This document shows, in pieces, positions 11,032 to 20,341 of a stretch of 64,000 bases of DNA. A program made the position numbers and the translations under genes. Source of the stretch: Candidatus Neptunichlamydia sp. (lineage in GTDB: Bacteria; Chlamydiota; Chlamydiia; Chlamydiales; Simkaniaceae); assembly GCA_965233865.1 (NCBI GenBank), contig OZ247587.1, positions 1,568,001 to 1,632,000 on the forward strand, written 5' to 3'. The number at the start of each line of letters is the position of its first letter. Position 1 is the first letter of the stretch. The notes below the pieces were generated by a model that saw only the letters and a list, made by a program, of their open reading frames with translations, searched no databases and was not told where the DNA came from.

Positions 11032-11105
11032 TACTGCACCTCGTTAACCACATCATAATGACGAAGAGGCCTTTTTGCAATAGCGAAAAGACTATTACAA
11101 AAAAA

Positions 11106-11807
11106 TTAATGCGTTCTTAATGAGTTTTTAACTTGTGAGGCAGCGACTGCAAAGGCTGCAGCAACATTGAGGGAATTCTTGGAACCAGCAAGAGGAATTT
11201 GGACAATGTGATCTGCAGATTGAAGGGTGGATTTTTTGAGACCTCTTTCTTCGTTCCCTAAAAGAAGAGTAAAAGACGTAGGAAACTGAAAATCAAATAA
11301 GGAGGGAGCGGTTTCCATTGTTTCAAGAGCTATCAAGGGGCCCGGGCAGGAGTCGACCCCTCCTTGCTTGCACGGAACGCTAGAGGCTGTTCCCATAGAT
11401 GTCTTAATGACCTTGGGATGATGTTGATTGGGGGTGTTCTCTGAAAAAATGATTGTTCCAAGTCGGAAAGCTTCGGTTGTGCGTAGGATGTTTCCAATAT
11501 TAAAAGCGGAGCGAAGATCTTCGAGGTAGATGTGTACGGGGCCGTAGAGAATCTCTGATAAAGTATCAAACCGTTGGATAAGAAAATTATGTTCTTGAAG
11601 TTCAATGGAAGCTTCTCTCATGTGGAGGTGAAAGCGATCTGTTATTTCATCGATCGTTGAGATAGGAGGAAGCTTAAGCCATACTTCCATTTGTCGATAA
11701 TGAGCATCGAGAGGAAGGGGTTTTTCATACAAAATACGCAAATGCTCGCCCGCATTTTTATGACGGCACCTGTAGGAAAGGGAATGAAATTTTTTAAACG
11801 TAAACAT
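11106..11807 (-). CDS. TrmH/SpoU-family RNA methyltransferase
   Basis: NIGNILRT, LLGNEERGL, SLNVAAA SPOUT motifs. Confidence 0.88.
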   Translation of the reverse strand: MFTFKKFHSLSYRCRHKNAGEHLRILYEKPLPLDAHYRQMEVWLKLPPISTIDEITDRFHLHMREASIELQEHNFLIQRFDTLSEILYGPVHIYLEDLRSAFNIGNILRTTEAFRLGTIIFSENTPNQHHPKVIKTSMGTASSVPCKQGGVDSCPGPLIALETMETAPSLFDFQFPTSFTLLLGNEERGLKKSTLQSADHIVQIPLAGSKNSLNVAAAFAVAASQVKNSLRTH

Positions 11808-12027
11808 AAGGGATGGAGTATATCAGATTGTGCTTTCAAATGGAGAAAAGAATCTTTTTGACGATACTTCTCTATCGTGTTCTTATCTCCATGTTTGCCT
11901 ACCGCACTTACAAAATTCTTCCTTCCTAGCATTCATAAGATCTTTTGGAGAGAATTGGACCTTTGGTCTGACTCCCTCTTCCCACAGTAAGCCTTGCCAC
12001 TTGCTAAAATCCCTAGAAACTTGGTTT

Positions 12028-13404
12028 CTAGAAGTCGCAGCTTCCAGGAACACGTGGAAAGGCAATCGCATCTCGGATGTTGTCGACACCAGTTGTGAAT
12101 TGGACGAGGCGCTCGAATCCTAGGCCAAAGCCTCCATGAGGAACCGATCCATACCTGCGAAGATCGAGGTACCACTTATAGGTTTCGATATCGAGGTTGT
12201 GTTTTTCAAATTTTGATTTTAAAAGATCGTAGCGTTCTTCCCGTTGGGAACCTCCGATAATTTCACCCACTTTAGGAACAAGTACATCAAGAGCGGCTAC
12301 TGTTTTTCCATCATCATTTTCCCTCATATAGAAAGCTTTAATCTCTTTAGGGTAGTCGGTCAAGATGACAGGAGCCTTGCAATGTTCTTCAGCAATATAT
12401 CGCTCATGTTCTGATTGAAGATCACTTCCCCATTTTACAGGATACTTGAAAGAGCGGCCTGATTTTTCAAGAACTTCAACCGCCTTGGTGTAGGTTAAGC
12501 GTGCAAAAGGAGCATTTTTAACATGAATTAAGCGATCAATAATCCCTTTTTCGATAAACTGATTAAAGAACTGCAAATCTTCTTCGCAGTTTTCAAGGAT
12601 ATCACCCATAAGTGCTTTGAGATATTCTTCAGCAAGGTCTGCAATCATGGAAAGATCTGCAAAGGCAAGCTCTGGCTCGATCATCCAAAACTCAGCTAAA
12701 TGGCGAGAAGTATGAGAGTTTTCAGCGCGGAATGTTGGCCCAAATGTGTAGATATCGGAAAGGGCTGTTGCATAGGCTTCTCCATTTAGTTGCCCAGATA
12801 CAGTGAGAAAGGCTGGCTGCGAGAAAAAGTCTTTCGAATAATCGATCTTTCCCTCTTTTGTTTTAGGAGGATTATCAAGATTGAGTGTCGTAACCTGGAA
12901 CATTTCTCCCGCCCCTTCGCAATCACTGCCAGTGATGATAGGAGATTGAAGGTAAATGTATCCCTTTTCTTGAAAAAAGCGGTGGGTAGCATATGCTAAA
13001 CGGCTTCGGACACGCGCTACAGCGCCTTGTGTGTTAGTTCTAGGACGCAGGTGGGCAATAGTGCGGAGGAAGTCAAAAGAATGGCGTTTTTTCTGAAGAG
13101 GGTAGTCGTTTGGGCAGGTTCCGATCAGTTTTAGTTCTTTTGCCTGCATCTCATACTTTTGCTTATTTCCGGGGCTTTTCACCATCTCTCCAGAAATAGC
13201 GACAGCTGCTCCAGTGGAAAGGTTGTCAATCATGTCTATCTGAGCAATCACCTGGAGGTTTGAGAAGGAAGAGCCATCCGTTATCTCAATAAATGCAAAG
13301 GTTTTTTGGTCGCGGAGGGTGCGAATCCAGCCGCAAACAACAACTGTTTGCCCAATGATCGATTCATCAGCGTTTAGAATAGATTTAATTTTCTTTCGAG
13401 ACAT
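12028..13404 (-). CDS. asnS: Asparagine--tRNA ligase
   Basis: LTVSGQL, FRAENSHTSRHLAEFWMIEPE, GLGFERL; start trimmed to MSRKKIK. Confidence 0.97.
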   Translation of the reverse strand: MSRKKIKSILNADESIIGQTVVVCGWIRTLRDQKTFAFIEITDGSSFSNLQVIAQIDMIDNLSTGAAVAISGEMVKSPGNKQKYEMQAKELKLIGTCPNDYPLQKKRHSFDFLRTIAHLRPRTNTQGAVARVRSRLAYATHRFFQEKGYIYLQSPIITGSDCEGAGEMFQVTTLNLDNPPKTKEGKIDYSKDFFSQPAFLTVSGQLNGEAYATALSDIYTFGPTFRAENSHTSRHLAEFWMIEPELAFADLSMIADLAEEYLKALMGDILENCEEDLQFFNQFIEKGIIDRLIHVKNAPFARLTYTKAVEVLEKSGRSFKYPVKWGSDLQSEHERYIAEEHCKAPVILTDYPKEIKAFYMRENDDGKTVAALDVLVPKVGEIIGGSQREERYDLLKSKFEKHNLDIETYKWYLDLRRYGSVPHGGFGLGFERLVQFTTGVDNIRDAIAFPRVPGSCDF

Positions 13405-14254
13405 AAGCAAAGGAGCGTAACATTGCGATTTCATCTTTCCACATCAACTCACCGTTAGGGGTTTCTAAATATTTTGGGATCGATTGGAGTTTTGGGTGAG
13501 TCATCATGACTTCAAAACATTGTATTCCAATCTCACCTTTGCCAAGATTTGCATGGCGATCTTTTCTTGATCCAAGACCGTGCTGAGAATCATTTACGTG
13601 AAAGGCATAGAGATGCTCCCAACCAACCACACGGTCAAATTCTTCAATGACACTTTCCCATCCTGCTTCATCACGGATATCATATCCTCCAGCAAAAATG
13701 TGGCAGGTATCAATACAGACACCAATAGGGATTTTTCCTTTGACACGGCTGATAATATAGTCGAGGTGCTCGAACCGATGCCCTATTGTTGTTCCTTGGC
13801 CGGCTGTGGATTCAATCAAGAGTCGAAGGGGGTGGTTTTCGAGGAGGGATTCAAGGGATAGGAGGTTTTCAACGATCCGATCAAGGCAATTCTCATCGGT
13901 ATCCCCCGTTGCAGCTCCAGGATGAAAGTTCATGTAAGTAAGGCCAAGCTCTAAGCATCGCTCAATTTCTTCTTGAAAAGCGTTGCGGCTTTTTGCGAGG
14001 AGGTCACTTTTGTTCGATCCCAGGTTGATGAGGTAGCTGTCATGGCTCATAATATGAGTGATTCCGGAATTTCTTAGCGTATCATTCCAGAGCGTTAAGT
14101 TCTCTTTGGAAAATTTCCGACCGTTCCATTGCTTTTGATTGCTTGTGAAAAGTTGAATTGCGGTGGCACCAATATCTTTCCCTTTCAGGAGAGCATTGTG
14201 CACACCCCCTGCTGTGGAAGTGTGTGCACCAATGAGTAACTTTTCGCTTTCCAC
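13385..14254 (-). CDS. nfo: Endonuclease IV
   Basis: IGAHTS, HDSYLINL, CIDTCH, DRHANLGKG, LETP; probable GTG start at 14254. Confidence 0.95.
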   Translation of the reverse strand: MESEKLLIGAHTSTAGGVHNALLKGKDIGATAIQLFTSNQKQWNGRKFSKENLTLWNDTLRNSGITHIMSHDSYLINLGSNKSDLLAKSRNAFQEEIERCLELGLTYMNFHPGAATGDTDENCLDRIVENLLSLESLLENHPLRLLIESTAGQGTTIGHRFEHLDYIISRVKGKIPIGVCIDTCHIFAGGYDIRDEAGWESVIEEFDRVVGWEHLYAFHVNDSQHGLGSRKDRHANLGKGEIGIQCFEVMMTHPKLQSIPKYLETPNGELMWKDEIAMLRSFAYVSKEN

Positions 14255-14258
14255 TAAC

Positions 14259-14879
14259 TTAGTGGGTGTGTGCCAAGAATTCGCACACAAGGGAAATGTT
14301 GATCGGAAGAGGTAGGACAATTTGCTCTGCTTCAGGAGTCGAAAGGAGCTGTCCTGAAAAGCTTTTCTCATCCAGAGAAAGATAATCAGGAACTGTGCGA
14401 GAAGAATTCTCGAGGCTTTCTTTAAGCCCTTTCATGCTTTGAGATTTTTCTCTTAAGGAAATTGTCATTCCAGGTTTCACTTCAAATGAGCGGATATCCA
14501 CTTTTTTTCCGTTAACTTGGATGTGACCGTGAGCCACAAGCTGCTGAGCTTGGAAAATAGTAGAACCAAATTTCAACTTGTAAACGACATTGTCAAGACG
14601 GCATTCCAATCGTTGAAGAAGAAGGTGAGCAGCGTTGCCCTCTTTCTTAACAGCTTCATGGAAATAGCGGAGGACTTGCTTATCAGTAAGCATTCCATAA
14701 ACAGCTTTCAGTTTTTGTTTTTCTTCAAGTTGGATTCCATAGTCGGATTTTTTTCTCCGTTTTGCGCCGTGCATTCCAGGAGGATTTGGTTTGTGTAGAA
14801 GGGGGTTGCGTAAGCGTCCAAAGATGTTAACTCCAAAACGCCTGGCGATTCGGTTCTTAGGGCCAGTGTAGCGTGACAT
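14259..14879 (-). CDS. rpsD: 30S ribosomal protein S4
   Basis: [28 protein letters not shown]. Confidence 0.98.
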   Translation of the reverse strand: MSRYTGPKNRIARRFGVNIFGRLRNPLLHKPNPPGMHGAKRRKKSDYGIQLEEKQKLKAVYGMLTDKQVLRYFHEAVKKEGNAAHLLLQRLECRLDNVVYKLKFGSTIFQAQQLVAHGHIQVNGKKVDIRSFEVKPGMTISLREKSQSMKGLKESLENSSRTVPDYLSLDEKSFSGQLLSTPEAEQIVLPLPINISLVCEFLAHTH

Positions 14880-15044
14880 TGATATCTCCTTATAATCAAG
14901 ACTAACCATCCTACCGAATCGCACTAATTTTTACAAGCATTAGAATAGAATGATTCATTAAGTAGCTTAAAATAAGTTAATTAAAAACTAGTGAAATAAT
15001 ATTTTAAACGGAATACAATAGGCATAGGGACACGAATAAAGCTA

Positions 15045-15344
15045 GGGTTGGAAGGCTAAAAATGGAGCTAGAATGGCTTAAAAAAAAGCACGCGGCTTTG
15101 AGTTAGTTCTGAAAAGACCTCTTAAGGATTTTTAGTTGGAGAAAAAAAATCAAGACTGCCATGAAAAGAATGGGATTAGAAGCGATTTACCCAAAGCCTA
15201 ATTTGAGCCAACCACATCAAGAACACAAGAAGTATCCATATTTGATGAAATCTATAAAGGTAGGCCGTTCTGACCAATCGTGGGCTAAGGATCTGAAAGC
15301 CTTAAAGAACTAAAAAAGGGACTAGGGGTGTATTTTGAGTTTTA
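15045..15344 (+). pseudogene. IS3-family transposase remnant (internally deleted)
   Basis: Fragments VGRLKMELEWLKKK (with an A7G slippery site), MGLEAIYPKPNLS...KKYPYL and ELKKGLGVYFEFY. Confidence 0.8.
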
Positions 15345-15437
15345 TAGCTAAAGTGACTTAAATTAGTTATTGTCAGTACTCCCTGAAAATCCTATCTATT
15401 CCATAGATGGTATAACTAAAACAACTCACTTTATCTA
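15345..15437 (-). mobile_element. IS630-derived MITE, copy 1 (diverged, opposite orientation)
   Basis: TAGCTAAAGTGACTTAAATTAGTTA...ATAACTAAAACAAC..TTTATCTA flanked by TA; aligns with the reverse complement of copies 2 and 3. Confidence 0.8.
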
Positions 15438-15632
15438 TACTAGATCAGGGCTGGTCTGAATTTAAGCGGCAACTTAATTACAAGCTTGAGTGGTTGGGAG
15501 GAGTATACGTGAAAGTGAATCCCTCCTATACCTCTCAAAAATGTGCTTCTTGCTCAATCATCGACAAAAAGAGCCGCAAAAGCCAATCGAAGTTTTGTTG
15601 TATTAGTTGTGGATATACAGAAAATGCAGATA

Positions 15633-15728
15633 TAGCTAAATTAGGTTGTTTTAGTTATGCCAAAGTGGAGTGAAATATTGAAATTTTCTAGAAGCTCTGA
15701 CTGTAACTAATTTAAGTCAATTTAGATA
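15633..15728 (+). mobile_element. IS630-derived MITE, copy 2
   Basis: 96 bp, TA on both sides, 91/96 identical by eye to 20246-20341. Confidence 0.88.
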
Positions 15729-15730
15729 TA

Positions 15731-16594
15731 TAGCTAAGTTGATATAATTTAGTTATAGGCAATATTCCTTAAAAAGTTCATCAATTCCACATTGATATTG
15801 TCTTCGTTTAGATTTTGCTTGTGCCCATTTATGCTCAAATAGGATTTAAATCTGGGGAATATGGGGGAAGATATTCCAAGATGTGGCCTGCAGCTTCGAT
15901 CTTTTCTTGCATAGATTTGCTTTTATGAAACGATGCATTATCCATAACCAAAACGCTTTCAGAAGGAAGTTTCGGCATCAAGTCTTGCTCTGCCCAACTG
16001 CTAAAGGCATCTGTATTAATATTACAATCAAACAGTGCAAGAGTAAGAAGGTTTGTTCCAAGTAACGCCCCTATTGCATTTGCCCTCCCTTTTGCTCCCC
16101 AGTCATGGGTGCCGAAGCACCTCTCTCCTATTTTTGAGTAACCATGCGTTTGGGGCATATCATGGGCAAACCCACTTTTATCGATGTATACAATCGGTTC
16201 TCCCAAGCATTCATACCTTGCAATCTTTTCTCTGAAGAGAGATCTCTTCTTTTTGCAAGCCTTGGGATGGTTAAGTGTTTTTTTTATAGCTAATTCTTAG
16301 CCGCTTCATGGCACAACGAACACCTGAAGGGCTTACATTGAGACGATATGCTCGTTCATAGTTGAAGGCATCAGGGTGCTTTTTGATATCCTCCATCAAG
16401 CGATCTCTTTCAATCTTTATTGCAGGTCTATTTTTAGTGCGCTTTGCCTCTAGCCTTTTAGACTAAAGAAATATGCTATTTACACTTACACCAAAACTTA
16501 AATTTTCTGTGCTTTGGATCAACAGTACCTTTTTTCTAAAATCTAATGAATACGTCATTCAAAAAAATATAACTAAAACGAAATATTTTAGCTA
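15731..16594 (-). mobile_element. IS630-family element with degenerate transposase (about 15753-16558)
   Basis: MTYSLDFRKKV.., IDKSG, MDNASFH, LPPYSPDLNPI; internal stop and frameshift; TAGCTAA termini with TA duplication. Confidence 0.9.
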
Positions 16595-16864
16595 TATCAA
16601 CGCTGCAAAAAATATCCTAGCGGCAGGACATGTCGTGTTAGCCTGTGGAGAGGGTGCTTTAGCGGCCTCTATGAAGCAGGAACCTCTGAACATGGGCGAC
16701 CTAGTTTCAGCCTGAGAAATCGGGAATCTTCCTCCTTTAAGGGAGGAGAGGATGTCAAACTGAATTTAACAGCAGGGAAAACTAGCTTAACTTTTGCAAA
16801 TTTTTGTCTTGACGTCTAGGACCACCATAACTTAAGTAAGATAAAAAACTCTTGAAATCTCCGA

Positions 16865-16995
16865 GAGGATATCATTTTTTGTTGAACCAAATGTTTAGCC
16901 TCAACAAAAGTTTGAAGGGGTGTTTTCCCATAACAATACTTTCCACTGTGGGGCCGCTCACCATATATATTCTTCCAGCCATAAAATCTACACAT
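16865..16995 (-). pseudogene. IS481-family transposase C-terminal remnant
   Basis: WLEEY/(frameshift)GERPHSGKYCYGKTPLQTFVEAKHL. Confidence 0.75.
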
Positions 16996-17082
16996 TCCTT
17001 ACCCCACGCATTTCTCGGGAGCGGCTGTATCAACAGTCCCCTTCTTGCAAAAATTTCCTAAATAGAGCACAATAGGTGAATT

Positions 17083-18063
17083 ATGACAGAGAATTATCTT
17101 GTACTTGCATTTTACGCGCTTACCCAGATTGAAGAACCTCACCGCGAAGTCAAGCGGTGGAAACGGTTTTTGGAATCTATAGATGCTATGGGAAGGATCT
17201 ACATCAATGAAAATGGGATTAATTCTCAGATGAGCATTGCGCATGCAGATTCTACAAAATTTTATGAGTGGCTTTTAAAGAATTATCCTGGTACTGAGAT
17301 CAAGGTGCATCAATATCCGGAGCATGCCTTTCCAAAAATGGCTGTCAAGTATCGCGAGCAGCTTGCTGCAATAGACCGCGACTTTGATTTGTCTCAAGGA
17401 GGAGAGCATGTTTCAAGTGAAAGATGGGCTAAAATGGTTGAAGAGCGAGATGATGAGACCGTCATTCTTGATGTCCGCAATGACTATGAGTGGGATGTGG
17501 GTCACTTTGAAGGGTCTGAAAGACCTGATCTTAAAACTTTTAGAGAATTTCCCAAGCTTGCAGAGGACTTAGCGAAGACGCGCGATTTGAAAAAGACCAA
17601 GGTGATGATGTACTGCACCGGTGGAATCCGCTGTGAGCTCTACTCTTGCCTCATGAAGGATGAAGGGTTTGAAAATGTCTATCAGCTGGATGGTGGAGTT
17701 ATTAAGTACGGCCTTGAGCAGGGAAATAAGCAGTGGAAGGGGAATCTATTTGTTTTTGACGATCGTTTAGTGGTTCCTATCTCTGATAAGGAGGAAAATG
17801 AGGTTATTAGCGAATGCCTTCATTGCAAGACTAAAATTGATAGGTATTATAACTGTGCGAATATGGATTGTAACGATCTCTTTTTGAGTTGTCTCGAGTG
17901 CGCTGAAAAGATAAAAGGTTGTTGCTCAACAGAGTGCATCGATGCTCCGAGGCGCCGTCCCTTCGAGCTAACAGGAACCCCCAAGCCATTCCGCAAACTT
18001 CCCTTTGAGGAGAAGCAAGATCTTACTCCGATGGATATTGCTTCTTGTCAATCAGCTCAATAG
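17083..18063 (+). CDS. trhO: Rhodanese-related tRNA U34 hydroxylase (UPF0176/YceA)
   Basis: DVRNDYEW..GHF, MYCTGGIRCE, GNLFVFDDR, Cys-rich C-terminus. Confidence 0.93.
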   Translation: MTENYLVLAFYALTQIEEPHREVKRWKRFLESIDAMGRIYINENGINSQMSIAHADSTKFYEWLLKNYPGTEIKVHQYPEHAFPKMAVKYREQLAAIDRDFDLSQGGEHVSSERWAKMVEERDDETVILDVRNDYEWDVGHFEGSERPDLKTFREFPKLAEDLAKTRDLKKTKVMMYCTGGIRCELYSCLMKDEGFENVYQLDGGVIKYGLEQGNKQWKGNLFVFDDRLVVPISDKEENEVISECLHCKTKIDRYYNCANMDCNDLFLSCLECAEKIKGCCSTECIDAPRRRPFELTGTPKPFRKLPFEEKQDLTPMDIASCQSAQ

Positions 18064-18202
18064 CAGCTGCTTTTAAGGTTTTAAGCCCTTCTTCAAATCC
18101 CACCTCTACAAGAAGTTGGTCCAGGTAACGCATTTCTGCCTGAAGCTGGTCACACATCGATTCTAGCTTTGCAATTTTTTTTAACAGCTGATCCTGATCC
18201 AT
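18023..18202 (-). CDS. Small conserved chlamydial protein (CT652.1-like), 59 aa, missed by the ORF track
   Basis: MDQDQLLKKIAKLESMCDQLQAEMRYLDQLLVEVGFEEGLKTLKAAAIELIDKKQYPSE; GGAGG SD; matches the recalled LE..DQL..E...LL...GF.EGLKT pattern. Confidence 0.82.
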   Translation of the reverse strand: MDQDQLLKKIAKLESMCDQLQAEMRYLDQLLVEVGFEEGLKTLKAAAIELIDKKQYPSE

Positions 18203-18229
18203 ATTCTTTTTCCCTCCACTTGCTTATGT

Positions 18230-18245
18230 TGAAAGAACCGTGCCA
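18230..18245 (-). promoter_or_regulatory. Sigma54 (-24/-12)-like promoter
   Basis: TGGCACG-GTTC-TTTCA versus consensus TGGCACG-N4-TTGCA; 28 nt upstream of the 59-aa gene. Confidence 0.65.
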
Positions 18246-18444
18246 GTGTGGTACTAAAAAGATATGGATCGTGGAATTTCTTTACTCTTTCGTCTGATGA
18301 GAACCTCTTGGATCCTTATGGGAGCAAGTGGTTGCGAAAAGAAGGAAAAAGTTTCAGATCGCTCTGCCTTAGAAGAGTTTGATTTGGAAGAGGAACGAAT
18401 TTTTTCTCAAGATTTGTAATTCACTGGAAATCAAAAGAATAAAT

Positions 18445-18933
18445 CTATTCTTCACTATGTGTGCGTAAGGTGAGTTCGTAAGAGAGAAGAGCTTTTTTTA
18501 TTCTTAGGCTATAAGCAAAACCTCCAATAGATCCATCTCCTTGGATAACTCTGTGGCAGGGGATAACAAGTGGATAAGGGTTTTTGTTGCACACATTGCC
18601 GATGGCCCTGGCACCTTTTGCGCATCCTGCACGGGAAGCTATTTCCCCATAACTTGCAACGTTTCCCATTCCAATGGAATCAATAGCCTTTAATCCTTTT
18701 AGAGTGAAGGGGGTAAGGGAGGAGAGGATAAGTGGAAGGGGAGGCCCTTTTTGCCGCTTGGAATAAGAATCCATCCATGCAAAGATTTTTTCTTCAAGAC
18801 CTTCTCCGTCAATGGAACAGCTAAACTCTTCAGCTAGAGAAATTTGAATACGGCATATTTTTAAGCCTTGGAGTGTAAATTGGGCGTGAATTGGAGGTCC
18901 AAGGGCCCAACGAAGATGGACCCTTGAATTCAT
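18445..18933 (-). CDS. ogt: Methylated-DNA--protein-cysteine methyltransferase
   Basis: SYGEIA, ARAIGN, PCHRV. Confidence 0.92.
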   Translation of the reverse strand: MNSRVHLRWALGPPIHAQFTLQGLKICRIQISLAEEFSCSIDGEGLEEKIFAWMDSYSKRQKGPPLPLILSSLTPFTLKGLKAIDSIGMGNVASYGEIASRAGCAKGARAIGNVCNKNPYPLVIPCHRVIQGDGSIGGFAYSLRIKKALLSYELTLRTHSEE

Positions 18934-18937
18934 TGAC

Positions 18938-19939
18938 TTAGTCTCTTTTGAGAGCACGGTCGTTCATGATTGCCATGTTCTCTTCAATTTCGCTCAATTC
19001 ACGATATCGTTCTTTACTAACCGCTTGGTTATTATAAAAGTAACGCGTGCGAGACATCCCATCAAAGAAAACGATTGAAGGACCATGTTTTTGCCCTTCC
19101 ATCCATTCTGTTTCTTCTACAATGGTCTCTCCATCAACAAAGTGACGCTCCATTCCATGCTTTCTGCCATCCTTATATTGGAGCTCTAGGTAACGGCAGC
19201 CGTTTTGGTAATATGTAGCGATGCCATCCAGCACGTTTTTTTTGTAAGGTTCAACAGAAATAGGTTCTCCGGTTGGAGCAAAAACTTTTTTCTCTCCATG
19301 GATAAGCCCGCCAGAAAGAGGGATTACAGTATGGGGGATTCCATGAGTGTGAAATGTTTCACGAAGGAAAGGGAAGCCTGTTTCAATGGTTTCTTTTGCA
19401 ACAATGTTCTCGTGTTGATCACGTGTAATGCGTACTCCGGAGCCCTTGACAACGCGATTCTCTGTTTCATTTCTTTCGCTAAAGTATTCACCTTCAAGAA
19501 GTTCATGGTTATGATACTCTTCAACACTTAGAGGGGTTCCCTTTTGGAACCATCTTGTTATTTTTGTATGGGAAGGCGAGAAGAATACTTGTTCCTTCTG
19601 AGGAATGCTTCGGATGTCGTAAGAGGTTTTCTTCACTAGATTCCCTCTTTCATAAATGTTAAGGGACTCAACAGTATTTGAGTGAGGGAAAGTATAGGTA
19701 GTTGTCCCGTTAAGAATGCCGTCTTCATAGGATGATGTAACAGTTACGCCATTTCTGAGCGTTGTGACGACTTGACCGGGATAGGTTGCACCCTCCCATT
19801 CTTCTTTTGAAACATCATAACCATATTTATGAATGTATCTCTTGGAAACTACGTTCTCATCTTGATTCTTGCTAGAGTTCTGACAGCCAAAAATAAACAG
19901 TCCAGATAGCGCGATAAGTAGGGGGGAAAGTCTTTTCAT
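18938..19939 (-). CDS. MORN-variant repeat lipoprotein (YwqK-like repeats)
   Basis: Lipobox IFGC; repeated Y..G..HG motifs; located between pheT and ogt as in Chlamydia. Confidence 0.8.
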   Translation of the reverse strand: MKRLSPLLIALSGLFIFGCQNSSKNQDENVVSKRYIHKYGYDVSKEEWEGATYPGQVVTTLRNGVTVTSSYEDGILNGTTTYTFPHSNTVESLNIYERGNLVKKTSYDIRSIPQKEQVFFSPSHTKITRWFQKGTPLSVEEYHNHELLEGEYFSERNETENRVVKGSGVRITRDQHENIVAKETIETGFPFLRETFHTHGIPHTVIPLSGGLIHGEKKVFAPTGEPISVEPYKKNVLDGIATYYQNGCRYLELQYKDGRKHGMERHFVDGETIVEETEWMEGQKHGPSIVFFDGMSRTRYFYNNQAVSKERYRELSEIEENMAIMNDRALKRD

Positions 19940-20245
19940 AGTTGACCTCTTTAAGATTACTTTTTCTGATCATACCATTTCCTGAAATAAAATCACACAT
20001 TCTTTATGGGGCCTATCGGAAAAATAGGGAGGGCTTACCGATTCTGGTTACTACGGATCTCACTTACAAGAGCCTTGGCGGTGTAAATATTTTCCAAAGT
20101 GTGGAGGATCGCTTCGGAATGAACACTGACAAATCTTCCTTGTTTTTGCAGGATTTTAAAATAGCTCTCTTCGATAACCAAGGTCAAAGAGTTGCGTTCC
20201 ATTTATCAATTTTATCTTCAACAGATTTCCCTTTTCCTTTGGATA

Positions 20246-20341
20246 TAGTTAAATTAGGTTGTTTTAGTTATGCCAAAGTAGAGTAAGATATTGAAATTTT
20301 CTAGAAGCTCTGACTGTAACTAATTTAAGTCAATTTAGCTA
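20246..20341 (+). mobile_element. IS630-derived MITE, copy 3, inserted in the pheT 3' end
   Basis: 96 bp, TA duplication at 20244-45 and 20342-43; supplies the pheT stop codon. Confidence 0.88.

Larger units (their letters stand above)
15438..16758 (+). pseudogene. tnpB: TnpB C-terminal remnant (IS200/IS605 or IS607 type), interrupted, with right end
   Basis: ILDQGWSEFKRQLNYK..YTSQKCASC..FCCISCGYTENAD (15438-15632) resumes as INAAKNIL (16597-16715); right-end hairpin ending TCAA at 16758. Confidence 0.88.

Noticed and set aside
16473..16715. 80-aa ORF as a real gene
   Set aside because: It is a chimera of antisense IS630 sequence and the tnpB C-terminus
19942..20286. 114-aa + strand ORF
   Set aside because: No SD or motif, and it ends inside the MITE; likely spurious. 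A 55-aa minus-strand ORF in the same gap is also unsupported
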